From the NCBI RefSeq assembly GCF_000284115.1, contig NC_017080.1:3540001-3572000 (forward strand): a DNA stretch of 32,000 bases. The letters are read 5' to 3'. Under the pieces are notes generated by a model. The model was not told where the DNA came from, did no database searches, and saw nothing but the letters and a program-made list of their open reading frames with translations. Positions 8,058-18,468 of the stretch are shown here, in pieces. The stretch's first letter is position 1. Each line of letters opens with the position of its first letter. A program made the translations under genes and the position numbers. This DNA comes from Phycisphaera mikurensis NBRC 102666 (GTDB lineage Bacteria; Planctomycetota; Phycisphaerae; Phycisphaerales; Phycisphaeraceae).

Positions 8058-8137
8058 GACCGCGAGCCCGGAACCGGTGGCCACACCTCTCCCGGCGCGG
8101 CACGCAGATCGGGTCGTGTCCGGAGCTTCACCGCCGC

Positions 8138-10396
8138 TCACTCGTGCCGCGAGCGGGTGAACGCCATCAGACGCTCGTGCGTCCCCGGCGCGTCCTCCCC
8201 GGGCTCGGGTCGCCGCAGGGTGTAGTTGCCGTCGGCGTCCATGTCCCAGGCCAGGCGGCGGTCGGTGCGGAGGATGTCGAGCAGGTGGTCGATGCGCTTC
8301 CGCAACGCCGGGTCGTAGATCGGGGTGATGCACTCGACGCGGTTGTTCAGGTTGCGGTACATCCAGTCCGCGCTGCCGATGAAGGTCTCCGGCTCGCCCG
8401 CGTTGTGGAAGCGGAACACCCGGCTGTGCTCGAGGAATCGGCCGATGACGCTGCTGACCTCGATGTTCTCGGAGAGACCGGGCACGCCGGGGCGGATGCA
8501 GCAGAAGCCGCGCACGAAGAGCTCGACCTTCACGCCGACTCGGCTCGCGGCGTAGAGCCGGCGGGCGATGCCGTGGTCCTCGAGTTGATTCATCTTCGCG
8601 ACGATCGACGGGCGGTCGGGGTCGGCGGGGTCGCTGCCGCGCTCGACCCAGCCCGCGGCGTGATCGATCTCCCGCTGGATGAGCTGGCCGAAGCGGCGGC
8701 GCATGTTGACCGGAGCGATGAGCAGGTGGTCGAAATCTTCCTTCAGGCTGCGGCCGGTGAGGAAGTGGAACAGCTCGACCAGGTCGCGGGTGATCCGCTT
8801 GTCGGCGGTGAAGAGGCCCAGATCGGTGTAGAGGTTGGCGGTCTTGGAGTGGTAGTTGCCGGTGCCGATGTGGGCGTAGACCTTCATCCCGGCGTCCTCC
8901 TCGCGGACGACGAGCGCAGTCTTGGTGTGGGTCTTGAGGCCGACGAGGCCGTAGACGACGTGCACGCCGGCCTTCTCCAGCCGTCGCGCCAGCTGCACGT
9001 TGCGCTCTTCGTCGAAGCGGGCCTTCAGCTCGACCAGGCACACGACCTGCTTGCCGGCCTCGGCGGCGGCGATGAGCGTGGGGATGAAGGGCGAGTCGGT
9101 GCCGGTGCGGTAGAGCGTGAGCTTGATCGCGACGACCTTGGGGTCGCGGGCGGCCTGCTTGATGAAGGCCTCGACGCTGTGCTCGAAGCTCTCGTAGGGG
9201 TGGTGCACGAGCAGGTCCCCCTGGCTGACCGTGGCGAAGACGTCGGACCCGCCCGCGGTGGACTCGCCGGCCACCAGGCGCGGCGGGGTCATCGGCTTCC
9301 ACTTGGGGTACTTGAGGTCGGGCCGGTCGACGGCGGCGTGCACCGCGAAGAGGTCGGTGTAGTCGAGCTCGGCGGTCATCCGGTAGATGTCCTCCTCCCG
9401 CAAGCCCAGCTCGGCGAGCAGGTAGCGGACCATCGGGTGGTCCGCCTCGGCGTCGACCTCCAGCCGCACGCAGCTGGCGAAACGCCGGTCACGCAGCTCC
9501 TGGTTCACCAGCTCGAGCAGGTCTTCGGCGTCCTCCTCGTCGCGCTCCAGGTCGGCGTTGCGGGTGATGCGGAAGGGCTCGCAATGGACGACCTCCATGC
9601 CCTCGAACAGCCGGCCGAGGTTCTGGCGGATGATGTCGATGAGGGCGACGAAGCGGTAGACGTCGCGGCCGTCCTCGTCCCGCTCGCCCGGCCGGTGCAA
9701 CGCGACCCACTGCGGCATCATCGCCGGCACCTTGACGCGGGCGAACTCCAGCGCGGGGCCCTCGGGGTCGTCGGGGTCGTCGAGCACGGCGGCGGCGTCG
9801 GAGTTGGCGCCGATGCCCGACTTCGCCGGCGGGCGGAGCATGACGCCCAGCGAGGTGGACAGGTTGGAGAGGAACGGGAAGGGGTGCCCGGGGTCGACGG
9901 CGAGCGGGGTGAGCAGCGGGAAGAGCTGCTCCTCGAAGTAGGCGTTGGCCGTCTGCTGGTCGGCGTCGGAGAGCTTCGCCCACGGGAGCAGGTGGATGCC
10001 CTCGGCGGAGAGCTTCGGCTTGAGGTCCTCGGCGAAGCACTCCGCCTGCTTGGCGAGCATGGGCAGCACCTGCTCGCGGATGCCGTGCAGCTGCTCGGTG
10101 GCGGTCCTCCCGTCGGGGCTGCGCTGCGTGAGCCCCGCCTTGATCTGCCGCTTCAGCCCTCCCACCCGCTTCTGGAAGTACTCATCGAGGTTGGAGTTGA
10201 AGATCGCGAGGAAGGCGATCCGCTCCAGCAGCGGCGTCCGCTCGTCGCAGGCCATGTGCAGCACGCGCTTGTTGAAGATGAGCCACTGCGTCTCGCGGTT
10301 GAGGAAGTGGTCCTGCTCGTCGGGCGCAGCGATGGCGGCGTCGGGGTCGGGGGCGGGACGCGGGGTCCGTTTGCGGCGGTGGGAGGTCTTGGCCAT
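8138..10396 (-). CDS. ppk: Polyphosphate kinase 1
   Basis: ATG (revcomp of 10394-10396), TGA at 8138-8140, 752 aa. It is PPK1-like throughout: FLNRETQWLIFNKRVL, ERIAFLAIFNSNLDEYF, LLVHHPYESF, the autophosphorylation-region TGTDSPFI, two PLD-like HKD-type blocks (LKTHTKTALVVR, GTGNYH) and SADWMYRNL. Sequence upstream of Met in track ORF 8138..11254 is Pro/Arg-rich shadow. Confidence 0.95.
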   Translation of the reverse strand: MAKTSHRRKRTPRPAPDPDAAIAAPDEQDHFLNRETQWLIFNKRVLHMACDERTPLLERIAFLAIFNSNLDEYFQKRVGGLKRQIKAGLTQRSPDGRTATEQLHGIREQVLPMLAKQAECFAEDLKPKLSAEGIHLLPWAKLSDADQQTANAYFEEQLFPLLTPLAVDPGHPFPFLSNLSTSLGVMLRPPAKSGIGANSDAAAVLDDPDDPEGPALEFARVKVPAMMPQWVALHRPGERDEDGRDVYRFVALIDIIRQNLGRLFEGMEVVHCEPFRITRNADLERDEEDAEDLLELVNQELRDRRFASCVRLEVDAEADHPMVRYLLAELGLREEDIYRMTAELDYTDLFAVHAAVDRPDLKYPKWKPMTPPRLVAGESTAGGSDVFATVSQGDLLVHHPYESFEHSVEAFIKQAARDPKVVAIKLTLYRTGTDSPFIPTLIAAAEAGKQVVCLVELKARFDEERNVQLARRLEKAGVHVVYGLVGLKTHTKTALVVREEDAGMKVYAHIGTGNYHSKTANLYTDLGLFTADKRITRDLVELFHFLTGRSLKEDFDHLLIAPVNMRRRFGQLIQREIDHAAGWVERGSDPADPDRPSIVAKMNQLEDHGIARRLYAASRVGVKVELFVRGFCCIRPGVPGLSENIEVSSVIGRFLEHSRVFRFHNAGEPETFIGSADWMYRNLNNRVECITPIYDPALRKRIDHLLDILRTDRRLAWDMDADGNYTLRRPEPGEDAPGTHERLMAFTRSRHE

Positions 10397-10646
10397 GGGT
10401 CGGGAGCGGAGCGGCCGGGCGAGGGTAAAGCGATCCGAGGAGCGATCGGTCCCGCTCGCTCGAGCCTGGGGCGAGCCGACGCGGCGGGAGGTGGCCCGGG
10501 CAGGACGGGCGTGGCCGCTCCTCCACGGAGCCGCCAGCCAGGGCCCACCGCCCATCGGCCGAGAAGACCCAGCCCGCCGCGGCGTTGTCATGCCCCTTTC
10601 GTTCCTTCGTTTCTGCTTCGCCTGCGCCACGCGGCGGGTGCGTTCT

Positions 10647-12224
10647 TCACCTCGACTCCGTGAGCGCGTAGCAGACGTCGCCGTGGAGGAGGTACAGGCG
10701 CAGCGCGGGCCCGAGCTTCTTGGCCAGGGAGAGGCCCAGGTCGGGCCGGTCGGTGACGAGGTGGGGCACGGGATCGGCGGCGTCGACGCGGCGGTGGGGC
10801 TGGGCGGCCGACAGCCAGTCCTGGTGCTCGCGGGCCCATTCGGCGGCGTCGCGGAGGGCGAGCATCGCCTCGCGGGGGTGGGGGTGCTCGGCGGAGTGGG
10901 TGTGGCGTGCGAGCAGGTGCAGGCGGCCGTTGGCGTCGAGCGCGAGCTGGACGAGCGGCTGGCCGGGGCAGCCGGGCTGGATCGCCTCGAGACGGGGCCC
11001 GGAGGGCCGGGCGGTGGAGAGGCGTTCGAGCAGGCCCTCCAGCGGGGCCGCGGGGTGGGCGGGCGCTTCGTCCTCGGCGTCGCCGGCCGCGGCGTGCCGC
11101 CGGTGGAGGTCGAGCGAGCGGACGGCGGCGGCGCCGCGGATCGCCGGGCTTTCCGGGTCGGAAGGGGCTTGGGTCCGCGGCTCCGCGGGGTCGGGCCCGG
11201 AGCCGGCGGACGCGGCCGGCGGCCCGGGCTCCGGATCCGCCGCCTGCTCGGCATCGGGCAGGCTGCGGAGCCAGCCCAGCAGCGAGGCCCAGGGGTCGGG
11301 GCCGTCGCCGCGGCGGACGAAGCCCAGCGGCGTGCGGGCCACGGGGTTCATCCGCGGCAGGCTGCCCAGCGGCTCGGGCGGGCTGTCGACGTCGTCGACG
11401 AGGGCGCGGGCCAGCGCCCCGGCGGCATCCCGGGCGGCGGGCGGCTCCGAGCCCATCACCATGAGCCCGAAGCCCGCGGAAGCGATCGCGGGAGCGACGC
11501 CGATGAGCCGGCGGAGCATCGCGGCCGCGCCCTCGATGGCGACCGGGTCCGCGCCCGAGAGCAGCGACCAGTCGGCGACGCCGGCGAACCGCGCGGCGGC
11601 CTCGGGGCCGTCGACGCCGGCGTTCACGAGCACGGCCGCCGGCGCGCGGGTGGCGTGGGTCAGCAGCGTCGCGACCCGCTCCCGCAGCCCGGCCTCGGGA
11701 GAGAGGCGCTCCAGCACCGCGGCGGCGTCCCCGCCGCCGGGGCCGATCCACTCCAGCTCGAAGCCTTCGCCGACGCCGCTCTCGGGAGCCGTGCCCAGCG
11801 GGTCCTCCTCGTCTTCCTCCTGGATCGGGTGCAGCAGCAGCACCGGCCCGTCGCGGTGGGCGATCAGCTGGGCGTACTGCGGCAGCCAAGCGGAGGCCAA
11901 GCCCGGCAGGTTGCCGAGCAGGACGGCCTCCAGGGGCGGCGATGCGGCGGGCCGAGGGGCGGGGTCGGCGGGCACCTCGCGGCCGGCGAGCTTGAGGCGG
12001 TGGGCCGGGCCGGCCGCGCCCGGAGGCGGCGCAGCGGGACCCGGGCGGGCGGGAGGCGGGTCGCCCGGGGGCGGAGCCGCGCCGGCCCCGGCGGCGGGCT
12101 TGGGGCGCAGCCGGACGGGTGCCGGGCCGCCGAGGCCCGGCGGCGCATCGCCAGGGGGGCTCAAGAAGAGCGTGGCGAGATCGTCGAGGGTCTGGCTGTC
12201 GTCCATGACAGGGTCTTTCTCCAT
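10647..12224 (-). CDS. Hypothetical 525-aa protein with Pro/Ala-rich disordered segments and a possible degenerate (Walker-A-less) ParA/MinD-like core
   Basis: ATG (revcomp of 12222-12224). It is the only frame in this interval with protein-like composition (acidic N-terminus MEKDPVMDDSQTLDDLATLFL, balanced D/E/L/V). It sits 130 bp downstream of the ParA-like gene on the same strand. I recognise no family with certainty. Confidence 0.6.
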   Translation of the reverse strand: MEKDPVMDDSQTLDDLATLFLSPPGDAPPGLGGPAPVRLRPKPAAGAGAAPPPGDPPPARPGPAAPPPGAAGPAHRLKLAGREVPADPAPRPAASPPLEAVLLGNLPGLASAWLPQYAQLIAHRDGPVLLLHPIQEEDEEDPLGTAPESGVGEGFELEWIGPGGGDAAAVLERLSPEAGLRERVATLLTHATRAPAAVLVNAGVDGPEAAARFAGVADWSLLSGADPVAIEGAAAMLRRLIGVAPAIASAGFGLMVMGSEPPAARDAAGALARALVDDVDSPPEPLGSLPRMNPVARTPLGFVRRGDGPDPWASLLGWLRSLPDAEQAADPEPGPPAASAGSGPDPAEPRTQAPSDPESPAIRGAAAVRSLDLHRRHAAAGDAEDEAPAHPAAPLEGLLERLSTARPSGPRLEAIQPGCPGQPLVQLALDANGRLHLLARHTHSAEHPHPREAMLALRDAAEWAREHQDWLSAAQPHRRVDAADPVPHLVTDRPDLGLSLAKKLGPALRLYLLHGDVCYALTESR

Positions 12225-12354
12225 CCGGGGGTCGCCGGTGGTCCGGCGGTCGCCGCCTCTCCCCGGTGGGGGTGGGGGCGTGGGCTCGATGAGCCGCCGG
12301 CTCGCGGAGCCGGGCGTTGTACGCGGCGTTGCCGCGTGGAGGTCGCAGCGAGCC

Positions 12355-13755
12355 TCAGGCGCCGGCGGGCTCCGGCGCGGCGGGGACGCGAACCGGGCTC
12401 GCGGGCACCCTCGCCGGGTCCGCGACCACCGGCTCCGCGACCACCTCCGCCACGCTGTTCGCCTCGCCGAGCGGGTTCACCTCGGTCAGGCGGTTGAAGG
12501 GATCGGCCGCCCACTGCCCGTCGATGACGAGGCGGTAGGCGTGGCGGCCGGCGGGCAGCTTCACGAGCGCCTGCCAGACGCCGAGCTCGGCGTTGCGGGT
12601 CATCGCGGTCGCTTCGGGGTCCCAGCCGTTCCAGGAGCCGGCGATCGTGATCCGGGCGCCGGCGTCGCCGGGCTGGACGAAGAGCGTCCCGTTGCGGGTG
12701 CAGCGGCATCCGCAGAGCCGCTCGATCGCGGCGGGCAGGACCGCCGGGGTGGGTGCGGCCGGCGGGGTGTCCCGCGCGGCGAGCGACTCCGCGTTGCGGC
12801 GGGAGAGGTCGCGGGTGCGGGCCACGAGCTCGGCGGCGCGGGACAGGCGGGCCGGTCCCGCGGCCCCGGCCGGCGTCGGGTCCGGCGCGGTGTCGCCGGG
12901 GACGGGCGCCGGCGCCTCGCCCGCCGGGTTCGCGTCCCGCGTCTCCGCCGCGAGCGGGGCCAGCATCTCCGCGGGCTCGGGCGGGTGGGCGACCAGCCAG
13001 TCGGCGAGCTTCACGAAGTCCGCCGCGGCCGAGCCGTCGGGATCGTACTCGCCGATCGCCCGACCGAAGCCGGCGGCCTCACGCAGCTTCTCGTCCTCGT
13101 GGATGCAAAGCGGCAGCACCTGCTCGCCGAAGTGCCGCTTCATCTGCCCGAGGATTTCGCGGTCGATGTTCCGGTCGGCCCGGTGCAGCGTGGGCAGCAC
13201 GCTGAAGCGGACGCGGTGGCCGGCCCGGCGGGCGAGCATGTCGATCGTCCGGGCCTGCTTGATGGCGCCCTGGAGCGCGAAGTAGCCGGTCTCCACCGGG
13301 ATGAGCACCTCCTGGCAGGCCCGCAGCGCGTTGAAGGTGAGCAGGCCGATCGACGGCGGGCAGTCGATGATGCAGTGGGCGTAGTCGCCGCCCTCCGCCC
13401 GCCCGAGCACCGCCGCCAGCCGCCGGTCCCGGTCCGAGGCGTTGGAGAGGCGCTGCTCGATGCCGGCGAGCGCGAGGCTGGAGGGCAGCAGGTCGAGGTT
13501 CCGGCGGACCCGCCAGAGGCAGTCCTCGAAGGCGATCGGCTCGCCCTCGGCGTTGCGTCCGCCGCCGAGCAGGTCGGCCACGCCGTGCTCGATCCCGTCC
13601 TCGGGCACCGAGAGGCCCAGGGCGCAGTGGCTCTGGGGGTCCATGTCCACGAGCAGCGTCTTGCGGCCGCGGCGGGCCAGCTCCGAGGACAGGTGGATGG
13701 CGGTGGTGGTTTTCCCGCACCCGCCCTTCTGGTTGATGATCGCCGTGGTTCGCAA
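12355..13755 (-). CDS. ParA/Soj-family deviant Walker-A ATPase fused to a C-terminal CBM48/AMPK-beta-like (E-set) glycan-binding module
   Basis: TTG start (revcomp of 13753-13755) gives MRTTAIINQKGGCGKTTTAIHL, a deviant Walker A with the signature Lys. Further ParA-like blocks are LLVDMDPQ, IIDCPPSIGLLTFNAL and VLIPVETGYFALQG. A ~100-aa Pro/Ala linker follows. Residues ~353-438 (nt ~12442-12699) read TLFVQPGDAGARITIAGSWNGWDP...GVWQALVKLPAGRHAYRLVIDGQWAADPFN, the classical CBM48/AMPK1_CBM pattern. Confidence 0.9.
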   Translation of the reverse strand: MRTTAIINQKGGCGKTTTAIHLSSELARRGRKTLLVDMDPQSHCALGLSVPEDGIEHGVADLLGGGRNAEGEPIAFEDCLWRVRRNLDLLPSSLALAGIEQRLSNASDRDRRLAAVLGRAEGGDYAHCIIDCPPSIGLLTFNALRACQEVLIPVETGYFALQGAIKQARTIDMLARRAGHRVRFSVLPTLHRADRNIDREILGQMKRHFGEQVLPLCIHEDEKLREAAGFGRAIGEYDPDGSAAADFVKLADWLVAHPPEPAEMLAPLAAETRDANPAGEAPAPVPGDTAPDPTPAGAAGPARLSRAAELVARTRDLSRRNAESLAARDTPPAAPTPAVLPAAIERLCGCRCTRNGTLFVQPGDAGARITIAGSWNGWDPEATAMTRNAELGVWQALVKLPAGRHAYRLVIDGQWAADPFNRLTEVNPLGEANSVAEVVAEPVVADPARVPASPVRVPAAPEPAGA

Positions 13756-14005
13756 GAGTCGTCCTCAGTGAGCGGGAGGGGAGGCGGAGCACCGGCCGGG
13801 TTCGACCGCCGATCCCGTTATCGGAGCCGGGTCGGGGACCGCGTGAGGATTGGCGCGGTCGGGCCGCCCCGTCCGTCTGATCGCCGTTCGCACGGCGGGC
13901 GATCCGGTGAGCGCCCGAGCCGCAACGCCCCCGCCGGGGGACGCCGCCCCGGGGCCACGAGGGACGCGGAGCGGCCGGCGGAGCTCCGCCCGCCATAGTG
14001 GCCCC

Positions 14006-15076
14006 GTGCCCGTGGAAGACCGCTACGTCCGCCTCGTCGAGGGCCGCTCCGCCGGCGTGCTCGCCTCCGCCGCCCGCGGGCTGCTGCGGGCGGCGACGCC
14101 GGCCTGGCGGCTCGGGCTCGCGATCGATCAGCAAAGAAAACGGCGCGGCCGCCGGCCGCTCGGCCGGCCGACCGCCTCCATCGGGAACCTCTCCGTGGGC
14201 GGAACCGGCAAGACGCCCGCCGTCGCCTGGGCCGTCCGCCGGCTGCTCGACGCCGGTCACCGCCCCGCCGTGCTCACCCGCGGCCACGGCGGCGACGCGC
14301 AGCGGCCGGCGGACGAGGTGCTCGAGCTGCGCGGGATGCTCCGCGACGCCGCCCCGGTCATCGCCGATCCCGACCGCCACGCCGCCGCCGCCGCCGCTCT
14401 CGCCGCGTCGCCGGGCCTCACCTGCTTCGTGCTCGACGACGGCTTCCAGCGGCTCGACGTCGCACGCGATCTCGACCTCGTGCTCGTCGACGCCAGCCGC
14501 ACGCTCGCCTCGGCCCGCTTGCTGCCCGGCGGCCTGCTCCGGGAGCCGCCCGCCGCGTTGACCCGCGCCGACGCGGTGCTGCTGACCCGCGTCGACCGCG
14601 CCGGCCCCGCCGCCACCGGCGAAACGGCCGCCTGGGTCACCCGCTGGCACGGCCGCCCGCCGCTCGCATCCTTCGCCCACCGCTGGTCGGGCGTCGACGC
14701 GTACCCGCCCGCCGGCGCGGCCCCGGCGATCGCCGGCCGGCGGCTCTACGCCGCCGCGGGCATCGGCCACCCCCGCGCCTTCGCCGAGCAGCTCGCCGCC
14801 GCCGGCGCCGAGGTCGTCGGCGCGGCCCGGCTCGCCGACCACCACCGGCCCACCGCCGGCGGGCTCGCCCGCCTCCACGCCGATGCCCGGGCCGCGGGCG
14901 CCGACGCCGTCGCCACCACGGAAAAGGACCGCGTGAAGTGGGCGATGCTGGATCCGGGACCCGATGCACTCCCGGTGCTGGTCCCCCGCCTCCGCTTCGA
15001 GCCCGTCGCCGGCGAGGCCGCCCTGCTCGCACTCCTCCGCGAGCGGCTCCCGCGGCCGGTCGATCGCCCGGCGTGA
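14006..15076 (+). CDS. lpxK: Tetraacyldisaccharide 4'-kinase (lipid A biosynthesis)
   Basis: P-loop block IGNLSVGGTGKTPAVAW, then VLTRGHGG, VLDDGFQ, LDLVLVD, LPGGLLREP, AGIGHPRAF and TTEKDRVKW, colinear with E. coli LpxK. The start is uncertain. GTG 14006 or 14012 gives an N-terminus of typical length. The track's TTG 13850 adds ~50 Arg/Pro-rich residues and is disfavoured. Confidence 0.85.
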   Translation: MPVEDRYVRLVEGRSAGVLASAARGLLRAATPAWRLGLAIDQQRKRRGRRPLGRPTASIGNLSVGGTGKTPAVAWAVRRLLDAGHRPAVLTRGHGGDAQRPADEVLELRGMLRDAAPVIADPDRHAAAAAALAASPGLTCFVLDDGFQRLDVARDLDLVLVDASRTLASARLLPGGLLREPPAALTRADAVLLTRVDRAGPAATGETAAWVTRWHGRPPLASFAHRWSGVDAYPPAGAAPAIAGRRLYAAAGIGHPRAFAEQLAAAGAEVVGAARLADHHRPTAGGLARLHADARAAGADAVATTEKDRVKWAMLDPGPDALPVLVPRLRFEPVAGEAALLALLRERLPRPVDRPA

Positions 15077-15203
15077 ACCCGCCTCGGGGAGCCACGGCCG
15101 CTCCCTTCCTATGCTGCACGCCCGGGAGGCGCGCGATCCTTGCGCGCCCCCGATCCTCCCGAACCCCCGACAGGAGAAGCGCCCGCCGGCGCTTCCGCCG
15201 CTC

Positions 15204-17093
<1,890 letters not shown>

Positions 17094-17170
17094 TCCGGAG
17101 CGTGCGGGCGTGCGACCCGCGTTGGCGGATCCCGCTGGCCACGACACCCTCCCCGGGGTGGCCTAGAAGT

Positions 17171-17551
17171 TCAATCCTGCGCGTGTTCCCGCAGCGTCTC
17201 GAGCGCCACCACCTCGAGGGCTTTGGCGTGCGTCGCCGCGAGATCGACGCGGGGCGCCCGGCCGGCCGCCTCGGCCTCGGCCCAGCGGCCGGCACAGAGG
17301 CACCAGCGGTCCCCGGGCTTCAGGCCCGGGAACCGGTACTCCGGCCGCGGCGTCGTGAGGTCGTTGCCCGCCTGCTTCGTGAAGACGAGGAAATCCTCCG
17401 TCATCACCGCGCAGACCGTGTGCGAGCCGAGGTCCTGCGGACCGGTCTCGCAGCAGCCGCTCCGGCTGAAGCCGGTGAGCGGGTCCTTCGAGCAGATGGC
17501 GAGCGGCCCACCGAGCACGTTCCGGGCGGCGCTGTGTCCCGAGGCGATCAT
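17171..17551 (-). CDS. DUF2237 family protein
   Basis: ATG (revcomp of 17549-17551), 126 aa. The pattern NVLGGPLAICS..PLTGFSRSGCCETGPQDLGSHTVCAVMT..FL.F....GNDL..P.....FPGLKPGDRWCLCAGRW matches the conserved DUF2237 family as I recall it. Confidence 0.8.
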   Translation of the reverse strand: MIASGHSAARNVLGGPLAICSKDPLTGFSRSGCCETGPQDLGSHTVCAVMTEDFLVFTKQAGNDLTTPRPEYRFPGLKPGDRWCLCAGRWAEAEAAGRAPRVDLAATHAKALEVVALETLREHAQD

Positions 17552-17593
17552 GCACGAAGCGTAGAGACCGCTCCGGGCTCGACGCCTCGCGTC

Positions 17594-18349
17594 TCACTCG
17601 CCGCCACGGAGCACCTCGGGCGCTTCCGCCCCGTCGGCCCAGACCTCGAGCGAAGGGAAGGAGAGCGTGAAGCCCGCGCCCTCGGGGCCGTGGTGCTCCG
17701 TCGCGAAGGTGACACCCGCCGCCGTACGCTCGTTCTCCCACGTCGCGGGCCTGGCTTCCGCGCCGCCGCCCCGCCGGAACGCCCACTCCGCGATCCGCCC
17801 GCTCTCGCCGAGGTAGAGCTCGTACACGTCCGCGGGCGTGTAGCCGCCCTCCGCCGGCCACGCCGCCATCAGCTTCGTCGCGGGTCGCCCGGAGATCGGC
17901 ATCGACGCCTCGCCGACCTCGAGCACCGTCGGATCCGACCAGAGCAGCTGGAAGGGGAAGGTGAGCCAGTAGGTGTCGTTCACGAAGTTCCGCTTCGCGG
18001 CGAAGAGGTCCGTGCCCTCCTCGGGTTCGACCGATGCATCGAAGGAGAGCTCGTCGGGCGTTCCGCGGTTGAGCGTGACGGCGCCGCCGTCGCGCCCGTT
18101 CGGCGCCCAGGACCAGACCCGATCGACCGTCTCCCCGCCGGGCAGCTCGACGTGGAAGGTGAAGTCGACCCGATCGATCCGGCTCCAATGCTCGAAGCCG
18201 TAGGCGGCGGCGAGCGCTTCCGCCGGCGACGCGGACGCCGACGCGGCGGACTCCTGCGCGGACGCGGTCAAAGGGAGCGTGCCGGATCCAAGGCCCAGGC
18301 CGAGCGCGGCGGCGAGGCATGCGGTGCCGGTGCGGGTGATTCTGTTCAT
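17594..18349 (-). CDS. Secreted hypothetical protein
   Basis: ATG (revcomp of 18347-18349). The signal-peptide-like N-terminus is MNRITRTGTACLAAALGLGLGSGTLPLTASAQ. The remainder has balanced, beta-rich composition (W/F/Y/T/E). I recognise no family. The upstream 280 aa of track ORF 17594..19198 are shadow sequence. Confidence 0.65.
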   Translation of the reverse strand: MNRITRTGTACLAAALGLGLGSGTLPLTASAQESAASASASPAEALAAAYGFEHWSRIDRVDFTFHVELPGGETVDRVWSWAPNGRDGGAVTLNRGTPDELSFDASVEPEEGTDLFAAKRNFVNDTYWLTFPFQLLWSDPTVLEVGEASMPISGRPATKLMAAWPAEGGYTPADVYELYLGESGRIAEWAFRRGGGAEARPATWENERTAAGVTFATEHHGPEGAGFTLSFPSLEVWADGAEAPEVLRGGE

Positions 18350-18468
18350 CGGCGAGGCTAGCGCACCCTGCGCCGCTTCCAAGTCGCCCCTGCGGGCGGG
18401 TCGGTTCGGAGGGCGCGAGCGACGCTCGATGCCGCTTGAGCGGGCCGCTGCGGATCCACGCCGCCCGC

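Noticed and set aside
8138-11254. 1038-aa version of the ppk ORF
   Set aside because: PPK1 similarity begins at the Met encoded at 10396. The upstream 286 codons are Pro/Arg-rich and overlap the independently supported 10647..12224 gene region.
13850-14005. TTG 13850 as the lpxK start (408-aa ORF)
   Set aside because: It adds ~50 Arg/Pro/Gly-rich residues not seen in LpxK, and it intrudes into the divergent promoter region shared with the ParA-like gene. GTG 14006 or 14012 gives a normal N-terminus. The start remains uncertain.
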